Positions 22,824 through 35,746 of a stretch of 64,000 bases of DNA are shown here, one piece after another (the first letter of the stretch is position 1; each line of letters opens with the position of its first letter). The notes under the pieces are model-generated. The model was given only the letters and a program-made list of their open reading frames with translations, was not told where the DNA came from and did no database searches. The DNA comes from Tubulanus polymorphus (lineage: Eukaryota > Animalia > Nemertea): the NCBI RefSeq assembly GCF_964204645.1, contig NC_134028.1, positions 9,238,001 to 9,302,000 on the forward strand, in the 5' to 3' direction. The position numbers were made by a program, and so were the translations under genes.

Positions 22824-25800
22824 ACACCGCAAGTGATCATCGTCAAATATGATCATGTATTTAGGGAGGGGTGCATATCACATATCATTAAAAGGGTATT
22901 CCGTAAGTTTATCGGAAAAGATTAACTGATATTTGGAAATACAGAGTACAAGCTTACGAATTCAAACTTTCTATAGGTGCATGTATCTGTTTGATATTTT
23001 TCATTTGCATGTGAAATTCCGGAGGGCAACAACACCTGGGCGGGGCCCTGTACCCTCTCCTTGGATCCGCCTCTGCGTAGTTGCAGAAACTTTAATCAGT
23101 ACCAGTATAAGGCATTCTCCTTGCCTTTCACCGAGCATACCGAACACGCACGCACGCGCGAACGTACACACACAAGCACGCACGCACACGCACACGCACA
23201 CGCACGCACACACACACCGGAACCACACCTAAGACATTCATTATTTATAATAGAGTGTGAAGGTCTGCAAGGATATAGATGTGATAAAATATCACTTACA
23301 TTTTTATTAAAATGTCTTAGGTGAAGAGTTCTGAGCTGGTGAACATATACAGAAATGAGATTCACAATATAATCAATACATGTCATGAGCTACATTTTTG
23401 CAAATGATTGTGAACGGCCCGCTGGGGCTATACCTGACTTAATTATTAGTTACCTATTCGTTGGTGGTTAGCTTATTTAATCGGATGGGCTTATATCAAC
23501 GATATATATGGTATGTGAAAATATTCGATCGTGAAACTTAACCACGTGGGGAGACGAATCTGATGACATCAGTAACAATTATCAAATATCATGACTTTAA
23601 GTTAAAACCTGTTGATATTTTCCTCAAAAAACCCTTTTCTATTTACGAATGAGCAAAAACGCGTAAAAAGTGCCCATTTTGGCAAACAACAATGGCCGCT
23701 ACTAGTCAACCATCTTGATTCTCGTTGGGCCAGTCTTTGGGCTGAAAATGTGTCTAGGGTAGATAGATACACGTATAAAACAAATAGCAAGACAATCTAT
23801 TAAAGTCTTTAAAACTTTCCAAATAACTGGATTTCGTCTATGGACAAAAAGTGAACGCAATAGCCTATTGGCACCCAAGTCCCAAGTGGGCTAAAAATGA
23901 TTTTAATTATGTTATAACAATATGCTGTTTCAGATTTTGCCCTCCATTTGGACTTCTCTACATTTCATTCAAGTCATATGAAAAAGAACGATTTGACATA
24001 TTCTAGAAATCGTCCGTATGTACATCATGTTCGGTACCAAATAAATTGATGCCCCCCCCCCTAGCTATTCATTTACTAAGCGCAAATGTAGAACTAAGAG
24101 ATCGTAAACTAATGATACGTCTCTGTGGATAGAATCGCAAACAGTTTTGATGACGTAATACATTCCTGAGTATATAAATTAACATCAGTAGACTGGTCAG
24201 TAGAAATACACCGGTGTATGTCAGCGAATGTGAGGAACCCTGAAAAAATAAAAGTAACATACCTCAGTAATAATGAGAGCCACAAGGGGCACTACGCCCA
24301 GCCTAGTTAGCTCCTTTCTCTTTTCAGAAGCAAGAGAGCTGGCAACTAAGATGGCCAATAGTCAGCCATCTTGAAACAGATCGGGCCCATCTTTGGGCTG
24401 AAGATGCGTCTAGGCAGGGGCGGATCTAGGGTCTGATTCAGGGAGGGATGAACTCCCAAAATAGGGCACAACACCGCAAGTGATCATCGTCAAATATGAT
24501 CATGTATTTAGGGAGGGGTGCATATCACATATCATTAAAAGGGTATTCCGTAAGTTTATCGGAAAAGATTAACTGATATTTGGAAATACAGAGTACAAGC
24601 TTACGAATTCAAACTTTCTATAGGTGCATGTATCTGTTTGATATTTTTCATTTGCATGTGAAATTCCGGAGGGCAACAACACCTGGGCGGGGCCCTGTAC
24701 CCTCTCCTTGGATCCGCCTCTGCGTAGTTGCAGAAACTTTAATCAGTACCAGTATAAGGCATTCTCCTTGCCTTTCACCGAGCATACCGAACACGCACGC
24801 ACGCGCGAACGTACACACACAAGCACGCACGCACACGCACACGCACACGCACGCACACACACACCGGAACCACACCTAAGACATTCATTATTTATAATAG
24901 AGTGTGAAGGTCTGCAAGGATATAGATGTGATAAAATATCACTTACATTTTTATTAAAATGTCTTAGGTGAAGAGTTCTGAGCTGGTGAACATATACAGA
25001 AATGAGATTCACAATATAATCAATACATGTCATGAGCTACATTTTTGCAAATGATTGTGAACGGCCCGCTGGGGCTATACCTGACTTAATTATTAGTTAC
25101 CTATTCGTTGGTGGTTAGCTTATTTAATCGGATGGGCTTATATCAACGATATATATGGTATGTGAAAATATTCGATCGTGAAACTTAACCACGTGGGGAG
25201 ACGAATCTGATGACATCAGTAACAATTATCAAATATCATGACTTTAAGTTAAAACCTGTTGATATTTTCCTCAAAAAACCCTTTTCTATTTACGAATGAG
25301 CAAAAACGCGTAAAAAGTGCCCATTTTGGCAAACAACAATGGCCGCTACTAGTCAACCATCTTGATTCTCGTTGGGCCAGTCTTTGGGCTGAAAATGTGT
25401 CTAGGGTAGATAGATACACGTATAAAACAAATAGCAAGACAATCTATTAAAGTCTTTAAAACTTTCCAAATAACTGGATTTCGTCTATGGACAAAAAGTG
25501 AACGCAATAGCCTATTGGCACCCAAGTCCCAAGTGGGCTAAAAATGATTTTAATTATGTTATAACAATATGCTGTTTCAGATTTTGCCCTCCATTTGGAC
25601 TTCTCTACATTTCATTCAAGTCATATGAAAAAGAACGATTTGACATATTCTAGAAATCGTCCGTATGTACATCATGTTCGGTACCAAATAAATTGATGCC
25701 CCCCCCCCTAGCTATTCATTTACTAAGCGCAAATGTAGAACTAAGAGATCGTAAACTAATGATACGTCTCTGTGGATAGAATCGCAAACAGTTTTGATGA

Positions 25801-26117
25801 CGTAATACATTCCTGAGTATATAAATTAACATCAGTAGACTGGTCAGTAGAAATACACCGGTGTATGTCAGCGAATGTGAGGAACCCTGAAAAAATAAAA
25901 GTAACATACCTCAGTAATAATGAGAGCCACAAGGGGCACTACGCCCAGCCTAGTTAGCTCCTTTCTCTTTTCAGAAGCAAGAGAGCTGGCAACTAAGATG
26001 GCCAATAGTCAGCCATCTTGAAACAGATCGGGCCCATCTTTGGGCTGAAGATGCGTCTAGGCAGGGGCGGATCTAGGGTCTGATTCAGGGAGGGATGAAC
26101 TCCCAAAATAGGGCACA
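22824..26117 (+). repeat. Tandem duplication, 2 x 1647 bp, apparently identical
   Basis: Identical ORF sets offset by 1647; junction at 24470/24471 with ACA microhomology. Confidence 0.95.
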
Positions 26118-29100
26118 ACAGAGAGTTAAAAGGGCACCACGAAGAATTAACTCATCAACTCACTTTTAGGAAACACAGGAGAAAAGCTGGAAATGAACTG
26201 TTTAGGTACCAACTTAATATTTTTTCTTTTTCAAGTAAAATTTCACAGGAAAGATCACAGGACTTTATAGGGCACCCTAAAAAGCACCCTCCCCTTGGTT
26301 CCACTACCGCTAGGGTAGATACATGTATAAACTAATTATCAAGGCAATCCATGAAATCAGTTCTTGGTGTTTGGATAGAGAAATTATCGTATATATTTGA
26401 AAAAGTTCTGCACTCCGAATCGCATCCTCACCTGAACACCTCGTACGTTTTCAAATAAATGATTTCGTTTCCACTTAATAAGATATTCAAATATAGTGTC
26501 GTAAATCGGTTGCATTTCTTTCAATGATTTCTGGAATGAAACAAAATAATTTGGAAAACCAAGTAACGATAACAAACTAAACATATCTAACAACAGAAAT
26601 CAATAGTAAACTTACTCTTAAATCAAAACTGGGTGGATTAAACAGATCGAAACACTGAATATTTGGTTTGTCTCCTATTCCCCACATTTCTATCGCGTAT
26701 GAAAATGGAATCTGAAGTACAGAAAGAAACGTTCATGTATGATTTATTTTTCAGGAGGTTGTTCTTGGGCAATATGAAGTAGCATGTATGTCTTCCCAGG
26801 GTAAGCTAATCGTAAAGGGGCATGAAATTGAAGAAAGGAGTAGGAGCGGTGTGGCAGAGTGGTTAGAGCATTCGACTATGGAAAGCCAGGTTGTGGGTTC
26901 GAACACTGTACATTACAGGCTATTATAGGCTGTACTGCGCTAAAATGAAATTCGAGATGGCTGTCCTGGCAACCATATTTGATGGCCAATAACCTCAATT
27001 TCAAATAGATTTCAGATTTTCAAGAAAAAAATTTAAGCAAGGTTCTTCTTCAAAATTCGGCTTCCCAGGAAGTTGAATTTATGAATTTAAATTCTCCAAT
27101 TCCTAGGAATTGGAGAATGCATGACGCTTTAGTGCATGATTTGTACATATAAATATATGCTCAGTTCACACAGCAAAAAAGCCTTCGATCTCAAACCCAT
27201 AACATTTAGATTCGCTCCACTTGTATAACTATAGGCTGAGCCTATGTCTAGCCTAAAAACATATCAAAGATTGAAGTTTTGCCCAAGCGAAAGAATATGC
27301 GCAGTTCGGTTTTACTTACATGTCGAACACCGGCCATGAAATCAAACACTGTACCATCAGCTGTGTAATCATTCAAGTCGTACGCCTGGCCGTATTTCAA
27401 CTCATGTATCGTCGATTTCGATATCTTCTGCGCGAGATCTTTCAGCAGAATATCATTTTCTCGCACGCGATGAGTTTTCCTCGATACTGTGTCTTTTGAG
27501 TATTACAGAAATACAAGTAATACAGAAGTAAAATAGAAGTCATATAAAAGAAGTAAATAGAAGTCATATAAATAGAATAAACAGGTACCAATCATCTACT
27601 GCCTGGAAACCCAACCCTAGCCTTCACAGACTTCGAAGACATTCCTCGTTGTAGTGGTTTTTGTTTGGTGAAGTTTCGACAATCAGTTTTTATAAGATTA
27701 TCAAAAATTGTAAGGGATTCACAGTAGGCAGGCCTATATCGAATCAAATCAATTAACCGAATAAATAAATACGAGGCAAAAATCTTCCTTATTTAAAGGT
27801 AAAAACGAATAGTAGCCATTGTCTGTCGATAGTTTGAGAGGGTGGGCACATACAGCAGATTTACAGATGCATCTACTACAATCATGTAATTCTCGATTGA
27901 ATGCCTCTCTTACTACTGTGGTGACATTATAACAGGCATATTTATAGACTAACACCTACTAAAAAGATGAAAATTCAAAGAAGCCACCATTTTTGCCGAG
28001 AGTCCAAAAAAGGTTTTTCGCCAACTTAAACTGACAACCGAATATCTGATCTATCTCAATTTTAATAACATCGCTCTGACAACTATGAAGGCTGTTGATA
28101 GACTTACAATTACACTCACCAGCAAATGGAAGATATATTTGTTTAATACCGGAATGGAAGGAGAAAAATGCATCAAACTTGTATCGTACGGTTAGATCTC
28201 GCAGTACAAAACATTCAGGCTCTACAAAACGGAAGCAAACAAGTTAAATACATACATGGATGATTGGTTAAATGTTGGTGAAAACTAAGCCAATACCCAA
28301 TTCAAAAAGTGACACTGTAAAATAATTCATCAAGCTAAATGCAGCACACAACGCAGGGAAACACAGAAACATTACCAGCCACTCTCGGTTTTCTACCAAA
28401 ACCTCAAAACGTTAACCTGATTAGATGAATTGAGTTAATTGCCAAGTGAAATGATCCACCTCCCATGTTCATCAACCTTGACAGCAGTCCCGATTGTTTG
28501 GCTCTAAAGGGAAATCTGGGGCAATACATTGTGTGGCAACGCTGCAAAAATATCAGGACCACTTGCTTGAAAATATTGAATTGTACAAATTCAAAGAACA
28601 GTTTTATCTAGCATTACATCCGCAGTCCATAGGTTATGAATAAATAACGAAGCGAGTAGTACTACATGTATATAGGTTAACTATTCATTTGACGCACGAG
28701 CTTTCGCTACCATAAATGTAATAGAAGCTTCATCAGGTGAATGAGTAGGCCTAACCTATATAGTACTACTCGTCTCGATATTTATCAGGCGCGGATCTAG
28801 GGAGGGGGCCTCGGTCCCTCCTTTAAGTGAAGATCGTTTTTTTCGACCGACCTCCCGCCACTCGCTTAATATTAACGCTGCGCTGTGTTGTATTTGTCAT
28901 GAATTCTTGCCCCAGAATGCAGGAAATGGCCCCAAAACAGGGGCTTCGCGTCTGCGGCGCGAAGCGTAGGAAGGTCTCGCGCCTACGCCCCTCAGTGTCA
29001 ATACAGTATCATCATAGCTACATTTATTAGGTGCCCCCCCTAAATTGACTCTAGATCCGCCTCTGTTTATTCTAAACCTGGTTAACACGGCTACTCTACC

Positions 29101-29854
29101 AATCTTTTCAATAGGTTACGGTAACTACCGGTATAACCAATTTTGAGCAATATCTTCTCGTCAAGTTTTGATCCATCTCTCAGAGGGCTCTGAGATGCTC
29201 CGTACCTGAGAATGCATGTGGTCCCCTGTACTCTTCATCGGTCTTATCGTTCGAACTTCCTTCACCGGCGAAATTCCAATCGAAATTACGATTAATATCG
29301 ACGCCCGACGACGTGCCCCTCCAACAATAATTACCGGTATTCTCGATGTGTCTCCGTCCGTCCGGATTCACGATGCCGACGATAAACAAATCCACTTTGT
29401 TCACGACGTTTCGCGCGAATCGACGGTGGACGGAATTTTTCGTCGATAATCCGTGACTGATCCGCCGCAGGAAGTCGAGCATACTCTCGACGGGGAAAAA
29501 CTCACGCGCGTGTTCCCCATATGAGAACAGAATCCGTGGCGGCGTCGTGGCGCCATCTACAGCGCTAGAGTTATAAATGTGAATGAGAAACTGCGGGTAT
29601 TTCTGTCTGGACACAAACTCATAATCGACGCGCATGAATTGCGGCGCGCGTTCGACGTACATTTCGATGTGTTCTCGGATGCTCGTTAAATTATGATACG
29701 TTCGATAATCGGGCAGATATTTTTCCCTGCGCGGTTTCACATCGCCTGCTTGCGTCGAACACAGTATGACGAACGACCAACATATAACAACGACGTTAAG
29801 AATTCGGTGAAGCTTTACGATGACTAGACTCAACAGGTAGAACTGATTCATCAT
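25716..29854 (-). CDS. M14 zinc metallocarboxypeptidase (CPA/B-like) with N-terminal hydrophobic segment and C-terminal TM; coding exons 29854-29206, 28221-28120, 27492-27320, 26711-26616, 26530-26432, 25886-25716
   Basis: GEHARE (Zn ligands), VNPDG, CWRG, DINRNFDW, YRGP.AFSEPE, SFHSG, AIEMWG (catalytic Glu); GT-AG introns with compatible phases. Confidence 0.9.
26062..26309. mobile_element. CAGGGGCGGATC-family non-autonomous DNA transposon with 5-bp TSD (CTAGG)
   Basis: Interrupts GTCTAGGGTAGATAC of the Helentron-like repeat and duplicates CTAGG; right end degenerate. Confidence 0.6.
26842..26907 (+). mobile_element. tRNA-derived SINE head or tRNA pseudogene
   Basis: A-box TGGCAGAGTGG and B-box GGTTCGAAC without a complete cloverleaf. 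Confidence 0.5.
28695..28739 (-). ncRNA. Minimal type I hammerhead ribozyme
   Basis: Minus strand: CAC-CTGATGA-A-GCT..AGC-GAAA-GC-TC-GTG; flanking inverted repeat 28652-28772 can extend stem I. Confidence 0.7.
28786..29065. mobile_element. CAGGCGCGGATCTAG-family MITE with 5-bp TSD (TTTAT)
   Basis: TIRs CAGGCGCGGATCTAG / CTAGATCCGCCTCTG, with TTTAT on both flanks. Confidence 0.75.
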
Positions 29855-30090
29855 TCTCCTAATCACCTTTCTTCATTCGATGCCATACTGAAAAGAAGAA
29901 AAAGAAAAAAGTAAGGAAATTGGCAGAACTAGACTGTTCAGGGAGATCACAATCACAAGACTTCCTTATCCCATGTTTTTTGCAGAACTTTCCAACAAGG
30001 TTATAATCTAGTAGTGCGCATTTTCCTTTAAAGAAAGAAGTGCCATTGAAAATAACTGAACCTAAACCCGATGATGTCCTAACAGGAATC

Positions 30091-31281
30091 CAGTGGCGGA
30101 TTTAGAGTACCTCATATGCCTCACGTGAGGCACCCTGAAAATCTGAAATGCCCTTTTTGAAGAATGGCAAAAAAATTCAAAATCGGCCGAAATCTTCAAT
30201 GAGGCAAAATTTCTTCAAAAATACGGTCAACCCCCAATATCCACGGACGTAGATTTTACATGTGATATCAAAGACATGTTACTACAAAAATTGATGGACA
30301 CAGCGACTAGGCCCATCTCAGGGGGGTTACTGGGTTACTAGTAACCCCCTTTTGGCTGATATAGTGCCCTTTTTCTGTGGTACTTTTTATTACTTAAACT
30401 GAGACAAAAAGAGCACTTCTTGAAATTAGGCACACGTTCCACAAAAAGGGCACCTTAATATAGACGCAAGGGGTACCTTCATATAAATGCAAGGGGCACC
30501 TCCTTTACAGAAAGGACACTTGTTACGCTAGAAGACACCCTTTCCACAAAGAGGGCACTTTCATATGCAAAATTTTTCAAAATATGGCACTTTTTAGTAC
30601 CTCCGGCGCACCTTTTCCATAAAAAGGATGTCAATTTTGAAATTACATTCAGATAACCTTAGATTACTTCCTGGGCCTTACAAATTCTTAAAATTTTCTT
30701 GGGTTGGACCACCAAGCCCCGGTATTATTTGGCCATAGCTTATGAACACAAGAACGTTATTGGTTGAATTGAACAAAGATATAATGATGATGGCCAGTAC
30801 TGGTACCAACAAGAACTGCAGTTCACCTCTTAATGCTCTAAAATGGTACCATTTTCAACGAAAATTTTGAAAATCCCCCTCGAGCTCCCCCGACTCTCGG
30901 CTTGACGCCACTCGGACTCATTTGTTCATATTCCACTTTCAATAAAATGTCTGTATACCATTGAAAATTGTTATGCACACGTTGTGTTTCAACTACAGCG
31001 AACCCCTGATATACAGCCATACTCTCCATACCGCCAAAATTGTTCTGCACCGATGTGGGCGGTATATCGGGAGTTGACTGTGTTTCACTCGACATTCCAT
31101 CACATTTTTTGGCTGAACATTCACATGTTGTAGTCTGGTTTATTACCACAAAAGAATCCAAAAAATGCTTGAAAATGCCTTTAGTGAAATGAAGATGATT
31201 CTCATAAGATGCCTTTTTCGGGAAAAAATGCCCCTTTTTCTTTGGTGAGGCAGCCTAAATTAGAACCTGGATCCGCCCCTG
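30091..31281. mobile_element. Longer non-autonomous element of the same TIR family
   Basis: CAGTGGCGGATTTAG ... CTGGATCCGCCCCTG; internal GGGCAC/TGCCC sub-repeats. Confidence 0.55.
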
Positions 31282-31802
31282 AGAATTTCATACCATATGA
31301 AACCAAAAGCTTGTCAAGTTGATGATTTCTCTGTATTCCATAAAAATCTAATAAATCTGTATTTTCCCCCGAGAAACCGGCCCCTGTATTTTCCCCAGAG
31401 AAATTAGTTCCCCATGCTTCTTCCATTTCCCAGAAACATGGTCACGCTGAACCCTGCTTTGGGACATGAATTGACCCAATTAACCCAGCCCAGTGTTATG
31501 CTTGTTAAGGAACTCTGGGGTATCTGTGCGCTGGTCTGTGTGTATTTAGGCTAGCAATCTGTTGGTCCGCGTTCGAATCTGCTATTTTCTCGAACAATAT
31601 TCTTCACACTTTCCATGAATTTTCTAAATCGCCCACCTGGCAAAATAGCATTGACAGGAATAATGCCGCATTGACAAAATATCACCTACCTTACACCACA
31701 GCTTGGTCTTTTGTATCTTTTATAGACTGATCTGTGGAATGAATTCTTCCTTATTATTTGAAGATCAGTAAAAAGGTTATCTAACGCGTCTCATTAGATA
31801 TA

Positions 31803-31921
31803 TGGACCAGTTCCACAGTTCTGAGTTAGACAGTTAGAGTTAACCCTGAGTTAACGTTAGTTCAATTTCAATGAGTTAACTCAGAGTTAAATCTTAACTC
31901 ACAACTGTGGAACTGGACCAT
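31803..31921. mobile_element. Palindromic MITE; related tandem derivatives at 32661-32885
   Basis: TGGACCAGTTCCACAGTT..AACTGTGGAACTGGACCA with GAGTTAACTC sub-repeats. Confidence 0.65.
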
Positions 31922-34272
31922 GAGCTTTAAAGTTACTCTCTTTTTCAATTCAATTATGGGTAAAAGTGCAGATCCGAACCTCTCGTGATTGACACAATCT
32001 GCTGAATGACAGAATCCAGGCTAAAATCTTTCTAGTGAAGATATCTAAAAATTAACCAATGGCAATGACCAATGAATGTGAGAATGTACCGAATCAGATG
32101 ATTGCGAATTGCTGATGAAATTTTGAATCTGAAACAATGATATTTAATGTAATTGATTGAACCGTTTACACGGAGGGGTGCGGATCTGCACTTTTACCCA
32201 ATTATGTTTGACCTTTTATAGTTTTTATATACCTTTCTATCAAAGTCAAAGTAGGAAAATCAATTTTTTCCACATCTTGGTCGACGTCCTTGGGCGGTGT
32301 CAAAATTAAGTCACAACCACCTGATTCTACAATTAGGTGGCAGCACTTTACGGAACATGTACACTTGTAAATTTGTACAGTTCAAAACTGTGTAATATGG
32401 TTTCCGGATTCAATCACGGATTTATATCACTCTCGTGATTGGAGCGACTTGAATTTGGTGTCATTGGACTCATCCAACTCCTGATGAGAGCAGAGCGGGC
32501 GGTTTGAATATTGTTTAGACAATTGAAATAAAGTACTCATATGAAAGACAGGGTGAAGTTTATCGTGGTAATTATTGTTTATCGTTCTGAATGATGACTA
32601 TGAGATTTAAACTTCTTAACATATTGATACTGGACCTGATCTGGATTAAACGTGGTCTTCTGGATCCAGTTCCACTTGCGAGTTAGAGTTAACTCACAAC
32701 TCTGGATCCAGTTCCACTGTGAGTTGGAGTTAACTCTGAACTCAGGATCCAGTTCCACAGTTATGAGTTGAGTTAACTCTGAACTCAGGCTCCAGTTCCA
32801 CAGTTGAGTGAGTTAGAGTGAACTCTTAGTTGAAATTACCTCATTTGCAATGAGTTTAAACTCGGTGTCAAATGTTAACTCGGAACCGTGTAGCAGGTTT
32901 ATGTTGTTAATAGTTAAGTCTACCGCGGTAAATAATATGAGAATGTTAAAAATGTGTCCATGTGAGTGCATATAGCTGATGAGGTTGGCAGTGTTTTAAA
33001 TGACCTCTTTGTTAATGATTCAACCACAAAATGTATATTCAATAAACTACTTTCTATGTCCGACATATATTTCATAGGCCTGATGAAAATTAAAACGAAT
33101 AACACTATTCATCGATACATTCGTTAGTTTATTTATTTATTCATTATTGAAATTCAGTATTAACAAAATCGCGTCGAAAGGCATATTTCGCTGCTTGACT
33201 CCATCCAGTATGGCCAGAGTTGTCCGTAAGATAGTCCAGCGGTCTATTCTATACAGTTGAGTGTGGCTATTCTACCGGATGACTCTGAGACACCTGAAAA
33301 TACGTTTAAAACAGGAACTGTGGATTATCCGTGGAGAACACGATAAATAGTCACCACACTGACCAGAAACATATGTATTATCACTGAAGAGAAAGACACA
33401 GCTAGGCTTTGGTCTAGTGGATGCTCCTCTTGCGTGCTGTAGGTCTGGAGCTCGAATCATGCTATAAGTTTAGAGTTATGGCGTCACCTGGTTAGGGTTA
33501 CTTAAATCTCGGCTTTCGCATTACATTGATCACCGGCTTTTTCGTGGAACCACACTCCGTCCCGGTGTTTTTTTCAATGTTTCGGGGCGTAAGGAGGGTA
33601 TTACTGCTTCTCCCAAGCCACGAGGGATTGAAAATAAGCGACGTCAACAGTCTTCAGAGAACCAGTGACAACTTGACACTTGGCATACATAAATACTAGT
33701 ATCTATATCTTACAAAGTGATTTCAGTAAGATAAAAAATTTTGAAGTTACAAAAATGATCGTATTTGCTAAAAAATATTCCCAGTATATAAAGAGTAAAA
33801 TTCTAGGACGTTTGTGAAATTAATGATATGCAATGATGTCATAGAAAAAAAGAATAAACGCGTATTTAATTGTTCACAGAGAAATGGCCATCACTTACGT
33901 CGACCAGACAAACTTACAAACGTCATCAGTTGCCAAGCGCCGAGTGGACTGGTGGTTTGAGCGTGAAACTGGCATGTTCGAGGTCCAAAATTTGACTCAG
34001 GCTTTAAGGTTATTTTCAATGCCGTTATTTATATAAAAATTCGTATTTCTTTATAATAGAATTTTATTAAAATAATTTCAACAAAAAATTCAAAATATTA
34101 AGATAGACATTATAGAACCATGCAGTATAGATATTCATTGACGTCAGAAGATGATACATTTACATGATACATTAATTTCATACATGGATTTTATTAATTT
34201 AAATAGTATCACTTTCATATACAAAATCAATCAATATAAGTTAGGGTTATATACATGCAAGTCGTCAACAGT

Positions 34273-35746
34273 TCAATATTTAGCTGCAGAATCGTAAGAT
34301 GGTGGAGGGCCATTATAATAGTTCATCGGTGGAGATGATGCACTCGCTGGTGGATAGGGGGCGTTGTTCTGAGGGCCACTGTAAGCATTATGCGCTGGAG
34401 CTCCCCCGTACACTACTGTTGACGAGGCTGGTCCATTCGCAGAAATATAACAACAAACAAACTTTTGAACAGAAATTGGGCGGACATTTTTCATATGTTT
34501 TTGGGATAATCTAGTACCTTGATTCATCGCTTGGTGTCGCTTTGTATACCAAAATATAAAACCGCCGATGAGACAGACCATCAGTAGAGCGACCACAACC
34601 ACTGGTACAATGATTTTAACTAACCTATAAATAAATATCAATCAGCTTCAACACGAAAGAAAACACAATAATTCAGCAAAAGATTTAAAGTTTAGGTTCA
34701 AATTTAGAGTTAAATCATATATATTTCAGTAGTGTTTCGGCTAAACAAATAATAGCCATCTTCAGGGGCCGGTTCCATAGTCAGGGCTTACACTAAAGAC
34801 CAGTCTAAGACCAACTTAGTTCTATAGCCAATCTAACAACTTAAGACCAGTCTTAAGATTTAAGACCACTTTTGGTCTTCTAGTCGTGACTATGGAACCG
34901 GCCCCAGGCGTAGTGAGGCTTATTCTTTGATTTACTATAATTTTTTTTGTTTGTTACTATTGTTTTATTAACTATAGTTTTTTTGGTCTTTGTTACCTTA
35001 ACTTCTATTCTCATTTCAAGTTTGTTATCACTCGCTCAGATCCTAACTGAAACAAACCCGGTTGCGGATAAGTTGGTTTATGTTTACTCCTTGCCAACAC
35101 AGAACTGAGAATATTCAGTTATTAATTATTCGATTTAGTTGAAATTACCAGATAAGGTCGAAATTTGTATATCATCCTCAACGCGGATGATAAATTGATA
35201 TAAATAGGCCCGAATTTTGAAAGTAAAACCAGAGTTTGGCAGAGTATGGAAGCGCCTTACGTCCTGCATGGTTCAGAACAAGCAGTACGGTGGAAAGAAA
35301 GATTAAAAGGTGCTAAAATTATAATGATATATTCTAAATGCTGACTTGTCCTTTAATGACTTTACTGCAGGTAGGATCAATGATTCGTGAAGTGCATCTT
35401 AAAGTTACAAATATCATCGTAAAAATACATTTTCACTGAAGTCATTTATCCAAGAGTTATCTTCAAAAAACCTTCGGGCATCTGGCCCCGGATAAACTGC
35501 GGGCCCCTTGACTGTCTTTTGAACCTGTTAATTACCCAGCGTTTTCACATGAACTTTTCGTAGTTGTTGTTGGTCCGTTCTCATTCTCAGGTATTCTATA
35601 CCCCTCTCTTGTGCAGCAGTATTTGATGTAGCTTGTTATTCCTTTCCCTCCGCAACAGAATTTTCCACCTGTACAATATTCAACATCGAACCAATGTCCC
35701 CCATAGTCACTGTCCATTTTACTACAGAACGCCGTGCAAACAGAGC
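34273..35746 (-). CDS. Shisa/WBP1-like single-pass membrane protein (Cys-rich ectodomain, TM, Pro-rich tail with PPSY); exons 35746-35536 and 34624-34273; 5' exon not identified
   Basis: CTAFC..W...YC....CCG......YCC; TM IIVPVVVVALLMVCLIGGFIFW; PPPSYD; phase-2 GT-AG junction is compatible. Confidence 0.75.
34765..34903. mobile_element. PIF/Harbinger-like MITE
   Basis: GGGCCGGTTCCATAGTC..GACTATGGAACCGGCCC TIRs with 3-bp CAG duplication. Confidence 0.7.

Noticed and set aside
22933-23386. His/Thr- or Cys/Val-rich ORFs (also 24580-25033 and 45854-46129)
   Set aside because: Translations of CA/CACG microsatellites
33936-34000. tRNA-like sequences at ~33940 and ~31525
   Set aside because: Only decayed A/B-box-like motifs and no cloverleaf; at most old SINE heads
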